In this document: one piece after another, positions 59,181 to 64,000 of the stretch
How the letters are laid out: each line of letters begins with the position of its first letter
Position numbering within the stretch: the first letter of the stretch is position 1
Virus genome (UHGV): UHGV-0305822
DNA length: 64,000 nucleotides
Source: a virus
Strand: one strand, 5' to 3'
Notes under the pieces: generated by a model
Database searches by the model: none
Seen by the model: only the letters and a program-made list of their open reading frames with translations
What the model was told of the DNA's origin: nothing
Program-made: the position numbers and the translations under genes

Positions 59181-59732
59181 ATGTTCAATTTAGATAGTGA
59201 CGGCGTGTTCGCGAGTTGGCGTAAATACGTGCTGACCCACCACTTTCAAGGAATGTCCATACAAGAATTTCATGGAATGCCGGAATTGCACCGCCGTGCA
59301 CTGGTCCGGGAAATGTATTTAAAGGACCCGGATCTTTTCTATAAACTAGACCCTATACCCGAGGCCGCAAAAATCCTCGAAACGGTAGAAAGTCTGGGGG
59401 AATGCTGGGCGATATTAACGTCGGGTTCGGAAGACCATTTCGATCACGACCGTGTTGTTGAGTGTAAAAAATTATTCTTCGAGAAACACTTTGGTGTGCC
59501 TGGTCACAAAGTTATCGTAACCACAAACTCTGCAGAAAAGGCGACTTACGCTGATAAGGGGAGATTGTTAGTGGATGACTATGGCCGGAATTGCCGTGAG
59601 TGGGTGTTAAAGAACGGGACCGCGATCTATACGCGGACGGATGAGCCTGACGTTGACGCCATTTGCCGACAACTCAGAACATTCGCAGAAAATCCCTTCG
59701 AATACTCAGGTCAGATTTTGTGCGTGCAGTAA
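59181..59732 (+). CDS. HAD-superfamily hydrolase, 5'(3')-deoxyribonucleotidase-like (tentative)
   Basis: N-terminal FNLDSDGVFASW resembles HAD motif I (DxDGV); LLVDDYGRN resembles the motif with paired Asp; SD aaaggataatc. Confidence 0.45.
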   Translation: MFNLDSDGVFASWRKYVLTHHFQGMSIQEFHGMPELHRRALVREMYLKDPDLFYKLDPIPEAAKILETVESLGECWAILTSGSEDHFDHDRVVECKKLFFEKHFGVPGHKVIVTTNSAEKATYADKGRLLVDDYGRNCREWVLKNGTAIYTRTDEPDVDAICRQLRTFAENPFEYSGQILCVQ

Positions 59733-59740
59733 AACCATTC

Positions 59741-59783
59741 GGCTAGTCTATTCATCGAATAGACTAGCCCACCTTTATTTTAA
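59741..59783 (+). terminator. intrinsic terminator
   Basis: ggctagtctattcatcgaatagactagcc hairpin followed by cacctttatttt. Confidence 0.65.
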
Positions 59784-59800
59784 CCCTATTGAAAATTATC

Positions 59801-59824
59801 TTAGATATATTTTACTTAGGTGAG
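59801..59824 (+). promoter_or_regulatory. candidate phage promoter element, copy B (TTAGATATATTTTACTTAGGTGAG)
   Basis: about 50 nt upstream of ATG 59876; near-identical to copy A upstream of the paralog at 2392. Confidence 0.4.
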
Positions 59825-59875
59825 CGTTGTAGAATTACACGCTATTCGACTGTTTAACCTAAAGGAGTATTAAGA

Positions 59876-60265
59876 ATGAAAAACGAATTATTTAAAGACC
59901 CGTTTGTTGTATTAATGATTTCTACTCGTGCTATCGTGCGTCCAGATGACCTGGAACGATTAATTACAGATGAAACTTATCTGTGCGAACAACGTGACAA
60001 ACTACTGAACAAAGAATGTCCTTGTGAAGATATCGGTCCTCTAGTGACTATCGTCCGTAACCCAGAGTGGCGTAGAAACAACGAATTGTCTGATATCTTG
60101 AGTGTTTCGCTTGCAAAACTGGCAATGTTGTTCTCTCTCGATAAAGACCTTAAACAATGTCTTACTACGCCAGAGCGCATCAAAATGTTTGAAGGCATTC
60201 GGGAATCAGTTAAACAAATTAACGCTATCAAAAGCAATTGGATACTCTCTAGCGTAGGTAGCTAA
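59876..60265 (+). CDS. hypothetical protein, paralog of 2392..2763
   Basis: N-terminus MKNELFKDPFVVLMI identical to 2392 ORF; shared NPEWR(R/K)NNELSD and LFxLDKD motifs; SD cctaaaggagtattaag. Confidence 0.7.
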   Translation: MKNELFKDPFVVLMISTRAIVRPDDLERLITDETYLCEQRDKLLNKECPCEDIGPLVTIVRNPEWRRNNELSDILSVSLAKLAMLFSLDKDLKQCLTTPERIKMFEGIRESVKQINAIKSNWILSSVGS

Positions 60266-60266
60266 G

Positions 60267-60656
60267 ATGGAATGGCCAAAAGAACTTATCAAAGTCTGTC
60301 GTGACCCCTTTACATTATGGATTCTGTGTAGCTTACGCCGCGATGACAGATTCTATACTTTCGTAACAGACCCACAAGCACTTGAGCTCCACGTAAAACA
60401 CGTTGAGGCGCATTTAGAGACGTTAAAAGAGGAAAGCAATACCATCGTACCTAAAGATGCGTTTCTGTGCCGTATGGCGTCTCCTAAGTGGCGTGAAGCG
60501 CATCGGCTAAAAGCACCTACGCTCCCGGATATGGTGCAAGAGCTTGCAGGGGTAGTAAGCGCTGACCATATTCTTTATCGAAACATTATCCAAGAACCTG
60601 ACGATTGGAAAAACCATCGTATTCTGTTGGCACGCTGTCAGTTCACATTCTCTTAA
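60267..60656 (+). CDS. hypothetical protein
   Basis: 129-aa ORF directly after upstream stop. Confidence 0.55.
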   Translation: MEWPKELIKVCRDPFTLWILCSLRRDDRFYTFVTDPQALELHVKHVEAHLETLKEESNTIVPKDAFLCRMASPKWREAHRLKAPTLPDMVQELAGVVSADHILYRNIIQEPDDWKNHRILLARCQFTFS

Positions 60657-60677
60657 TCGACTTGTAAGGTATTATCA

Positions 60678-61349
60678 ATGGAAGCTACTGAAATTAATAA
60701 ATTCTGGGAACGTGTACTTAGCCACTTCCGCGATTTCTATCGCTATACCGATAGTGCACATCGACTAGACCACATTCTTTCTGTGAAGTCGAACGCTGTT
60801 CGTATCGCTTACCTGTTGAACGAAACTCAACACTTAAAGAATGTTCTGGTTGCTGTGGCAGCGCACGATATTTTCTCCACACCTGCTGACCGTGCCTCCC
60901 ACCACATCAAAGCATTCAATTACGTGCTTGATTCTGCACCTATTCTCAGACGTCGCTTTAAACTCACCTCCGACGATGTAACCGAGGTAGCGTATGCAGT
61001 ATTAGAGCATCGGAGTTCCCACAAAGGTGGTTATAATTCCATTGTTTCTGAAATTGTCGCTGCCGCCGATCGCGGTATCCCTACCGTCGAAGAAGTTAAA
61101 AATTACATGCACCGCTCTTACTTATACGCACGTGACCATGGAAAATCCGTGACCGATTCAAAATTCCATGCAATCAGCCACGTGCAAAATAAGTTCGGTC
61201 GTAATGGTAAATCTCGTGTTCCTGATTGGTATAACGCATTGTTTGCGAAAGAAATCTTGGAACGCCAAGAGTACGTTGAAATGCTCGACTTAGCGTATTT
61301 CACCGACGAAATCATCACTGGCTTAGAAAGCCGTCTTCAACAACAGTAA
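60678..61349 (+). CDS. possible HD-domain phosphohydrolase (tentative)
   Basis: AHRLDHIL...VAVAAHDIFSTPADRASHH...AAADRG is compatible with an H...HD...D metal-binding pattern. Confidence 0.35.
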   Translation: MEATEINKFWERVLSHFRDFYRYTDSAHRLDHILSVKSNAVRIAYLLNETQHLKNVLVAVAAHDIFSTPADRASHHIKAFNYVLDSAPILRRRFKLTSDDVTEVAYAVLEHRSSHKGGYNSIVSEIVAAADRGIPTVEEVKNYMHRSYLYARDHGKSVTDSKFHAISHVQNKFGRNGKSRVPDWYNALFAKEILERQEYVEMLDLAYFTDEIITGLESRLQQQ

Positions 61350-61368
61350 ACCTTAAGGAATAAATCAA

Positions 61369-61851
61369 ATGGCACAAGTAATGTCTACTAAAGAACTGGC
61401 TGCAATGATCGATGCGCTGGAAACTCCGGCAATGACTCTGGACGAAAGCGCGGTACTTAACGCAGACCCGTTAATCAAAATCTACGAAGAATCACTTCCG
61501 GTCATCAAAGTGAACGACACCGATTATCGTCTGACGCTACAGGATGCGGATGCGGTTCGCCAACACGATGCAAACTTCCTGGAAGTCTACGGTAAGGTTG
61601 CATCAGAACTTATCGTTGAGAAAGCGAAAGCAGACGACGAACTGGTCGCACTGGACCTTACCACGAATATTGGTAATGCGTCGTTCTCTACGGTGTTCTC
61701 ACGTCCAACTGGGGAAACAGTAGGGGCGTCTGAATGGGCAGCTTCTATCGGCTTTGGTTACGGTGTACCTAAGTCAAAAGAGCTGGAAGGGAAAATGCGC
61801 AAAGCGTTTGCTGATGCGATGATGGCGAGCGATGACGAAGACGACGAATAA
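61369..61851 (+). CDS. hypothetical protein with acidic C-terminus
   Basis: 160-aa ORF; SD aaggaataaatcaaATG; C-terminal SDDEDDE. Confidence 0.55.
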   Translation: MAQVMSTKELAAMIDALETPAMTLDESAVLNADPLIKIYEESLPVIKVNDTDYRLTLQDADAVRQHDANFLEVYGKVASELIVEKAKADDELVALDLTTNIGNASFSTVFSRPTGETVGASEWAASIGFGYGVPKSKELEGKMRKAFADAMMASDDEDDE

Positions 61852-61869
61852 GATCGCCATTATTTCAGG

Positions 61870-61895
61870 AGCCCGACTATATCGGGCTTTTGTTC
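61870..61895 (+). terminator. putative intrinsic terminator
   Basis: agcccgactatatcgggct hairpin followed by tttgtt. Confidence 0.4.
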
Positions 61896-62002
61896 CTGAA
61901 GAGAAAATCAATCCTACGAAATGGCAACAACCTCTTTCTCGGAAGCCAGGGCCACCTAGACCGATTGATGGTCTGGTTTACCTGAGCCATCGACGGAGAA
62001 AA

Positions 62003-62043
62003 TAAAATCTAGGGCGGTCTTATGACCGCCTTATTTTTTTTTT
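62003..62043 (+). terminator. intrinsic terminator
   Basis: ggcggtcttatgaccgcc hairpin followed by a long T-run. Confidence 0.6.
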
Positions 62044-62062
62044 GATTTCAGGAGATAAAACA

Positions 62063-62620
62063 ATGCAAAACTTATTCGATGGTTATCCCGTAGCTCAAGA
62101 AAAGCCGAATACAGAACGGGCCGTCGCGCTTCCTAACGTCATGAACCGTACCGAAGTCATTAGCCATCTTAACCAGATCGGTGAAATCTTTACGTTGTCT
62201 ATGCAAGCCACTTTAGGTGATGCGTTTCCACACATCGCGGGCTGGCCTGCTGAAACGATCCCACACACTATCAACGGCTACCAGCGTTTCTTAACCGAGA
62301 TACGTAGCAGTTCAGTCGGTAATGTCGTCGCCGGTTACGTTATCCGTTTCAAACAACTCTTACGAATTGAGTTCGGTGAAGATGTATTAGAAGCGTTGGA
62401 ATCAGAATTGGTTAGCTTGCACAACAACGAAATTATACGTAACGAAAAAGGAAATGGCGACACAGAACTAACACTGTGGCGTGTTGCTTATCCCAGCGAC
62501 ACCACCAACACACCACCCACCACGTTCGATCTACTCTCTACGTTCCTGCTGTTAATGCAGATGAAAAACTTAATTATTCGTTCTTCTGCCCGTAAACAAC
62601 TGGCGCAAGAAGAAAAATAA
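62063..62620 (+). CDS. hypothetical protein
   Basis: ATG 62063 (MQNLFDGYP) after ttcaggagataaaac; the track ORF starts at 62042 inside the T-run. Confidence 0.55.
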   Translation: MQNLFDGYPVAQEKPNTERAVALPNVMNRTEVISHLNQIGEIFTLSMQATLGDAFPHIAGWPAETIPHTINGYQRFLTEIRSSSVGNVVAGYVIRFKQLLRIEFGEDVLEALESELVSLHNNEIIRNEKGNGDTELTLWRVAYPSDTTNTPPTTFDLLSTFLLLMQMKNLIIRSSARKQLAQEEK

Positions 62621-62621
62621 A

Positions 62622-62666
62622 AGCTACCTACCTCCTTGACGGAGGTAGGTAAACTTATTTTTTTTG
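62622..62666. terminator. bidirectional intrinsic terminator between convergent genes
   Basis: ctacctacctccttgacggaggtaggta hairpin followed by a T-run; the minus gene ends at 62668. Confidence 0.65.
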
Positions 62667-62667
62667 C

Positions 62668-63543
62668 TTAACGAAGCTGATTTGCCATCTGCTCGTCGGA
62701 CACAGAACGATAACCGCCAGCCGTAGCATCGACGTCTGGGTTGATACCGTTGGTCTGTTGAGACGGAGTAAGCCACAGTTTGCGTTCGTAAGGACGCAGG
62801 CCGTAAAGCTTCATGCGCTCCAGTTCTTTCTGAGCTGCCTGCATCGGACCCCAACCTGTCCATTGCTGGGAGGTGAAGGTGATAGACAGTTCGTTGGTCT
62901 GAGGACCGGTGTTCGGGTCACGTTCACCGATATCCTGACCGTTAGACTCAGGAGCCATGTTCGTCAGCCACCACGCGTTCTGCGGTTTACGCTGATACGC
63001 ATCCGGTTCGAAATACAGCACGGTCATGCTGTACATATCCGGCAGGTGATCTGGCACGTTCGGGTTGATTGCCGCCAGACCAGGGTGGCCAGTGTGCGGG
63101 TCACAAACACCGTATACCAGCCACGCCCAGAGCATGTTCTGATACACTTTACCCAGTTTATCCGGGGTCGTGTGCGTAACCGAAGACAGTGCTTCGGTTA
63201 CCAGACCAGCTTCGTACTGAACGCGGTTGTTACGTCCCTGCTGAGTCTGTACGTACTCAGCACTCAGGGATTTGTCCAGGCCGGTAATCGTGGTGTGAAC
63301 TTCGATGAAGGATTTGATTGCCTGACGCCACAGTTGTGGGTTCGGCATGTAATCAACCCAACGAGGGAATTCCATCACACGTGCGATTACGTTACGACGC
63401 AGACGGTGGGCGTTGGTAACGAACTTACCAACCTGACCGACCGGACCGTTTTGACCAGACGAGAAGGGGTTAACCATATCGTACTGGCCGCCATCGACGT
63501 GGAGGCCCTGGTCAGGTAAAATCATGCGTTCTTTAATAGACAT
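62668..63543 (-). CDS. hypothetical protein
   Basis: 291-aa minus ORF; SD ggagagc on the minus strand. Confidence 0.6.
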   Translation of the reverse strand: MSIKERMILPDQGLHVDGGQYDMVNPFSSGQNGPVGQVGKFVTNAHRLRRNVIARVMEFPRWVDYMPNPQLWRQAIKSFIEVHTTITGLDKSLSAEYVQTQQGRNNRVQYEAGLVTEALSSVTHTTPDKLGKVYQNMLWAWLVYGVCDPHTGHPGLAAINPNVPDHLPDMYSMTVLYFEPDAYQRKPQNAWWLTNMAPESNGQDIGERDPNTGPQTNELSITFTSQQWTGWGPMQAAQKELERMKLYGLRPYERKLWLTPSQQTNGINPDVDATAGGYRSVSDEQMANQLR

Positions 63544-63546
63544 CTA

Positions 63547-63987
63547 TTAGCTCTCCGTACTGTCGCGACGATAAACTTTGATCGTCGTGTTGAACTGCGA
63601 CAACAGTACACCGCCTTCAGCTTTAATGTCCAGCGTGATAGAGTAGCCATTGGCTTTATCGTCCGCTGTCATATACGCACTCGGAGTAATGTCGGCAATA
63701 TTATCCAGGCGACCTTCCAAACGCTCGGTGATTTTGTTTTCAATCATTTTCGCGCGTTCGTCGTCCGTCATACGGCTTTCACCGGACATATCTGCCCAAA
63801 CCTGATCGCTGACACGATAAACGTAAGTCAGGATGAAGTTAAACAGTGCGTTGTTCAGCACTGAACGTTCTTCGCTATAGATGGACTGGATAGCTGGGAT
63901 GAACAAACGATAGTAGTCGCGGGAACGTGCAGTAACCAGAGACACATCCCAGTCGGACGCGTAAATCTCGTTACCTTTCCACGGCAT
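63547..63987 (-). CDS. hypothetical protein; frame is open to window end so start may lie beyond 64000
   Basis: 146-aa minus ORF; no in-frame stop between 63988 and 64000. Confidence 0.5.
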   Translation of the reverse strand: MPWKGNEIYASDWDVSLVTARSRDYYRLFIPAIQSIYSEERSVLNNALFNFILTYVYRVSDQVWADMSGESRMTDDERAKMIENKITERLEGRLDNIADITPSAYMTADDKANGYSITLDIKAEGGVLLSQFNTTIKVYRRDSTES

Positions 63988-64000
63988 ACTCAGATCGTAC

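Noticed and set aside
62758-63519. 253-aa plus-strand ORF
   Set aside because: Fully antisense to minus ORF 62668..63543, which has an SD and abuts a bidirectional terminator; the plus ORF is Arg/Val-rich junk-like and has no SD.
1-64000. tRNA, rRNA, CRISPR arrays, integrase or transposase genes
   Set aside because: No GTTCGAATCC-type T-loop with cloverleaf context, no regularly spaced direct repeats, and no translated ORF with recognisable integrase or transposase motifs was seen by eye; absence is not proven without tRNAscan-SE or HMM searches.

Overview
The window is a densely packed, phage-like coding region: about 90 ORFs with short gaps, strong Shine-Dalgarno motifs (often the recurring string CCTAAAGGAGTATTAAAATG) and many hairpin+T-run terminators. 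I saw no rRNA, tRNA, CRISPR array, integrase or transposase. The content points to a phiKZ-like jumbo phage segment. The strongest evidence is a split multisubunit RNA polymerase beta-prime-like gene (48951..50570) carrying LPxxLRxLV and DYDGD motifs, followed by a 1388-aa probable second RNAP subunit, directly beside a 2374-aa minus-strand virion protein with a C-terminal SLT lytic transglycosylase domain. Other recognisable genes are an SbcC/Rad50-like ATPase, a UvsX/RecA-like recombinase, an RNase HI-domain protein, a DEDDh-type exonuclease, a ThyA homolog with two in-frame insertions, a MazG-like domain, a HAD-type nucleotidase, a possible HD hydrolase, a GNAT acetyltransferase, a macro-domain-like protein and a secreted SLT transglycosylase. 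Most remaining ORFs are hypothetical. Things worth a second look: a recurring AT-rich promoter-like element (5 copies), a cluster of five consecutive small secreted Cys-containing proteins, three tandem single-helix membrane peptides, the GNAT/macro-like pair, tandem paralogs sharing an HIRRAHW motif, and a 211-bp structured intergenic region. All calls come from reading the translations and sequence by eye; no database search was run.
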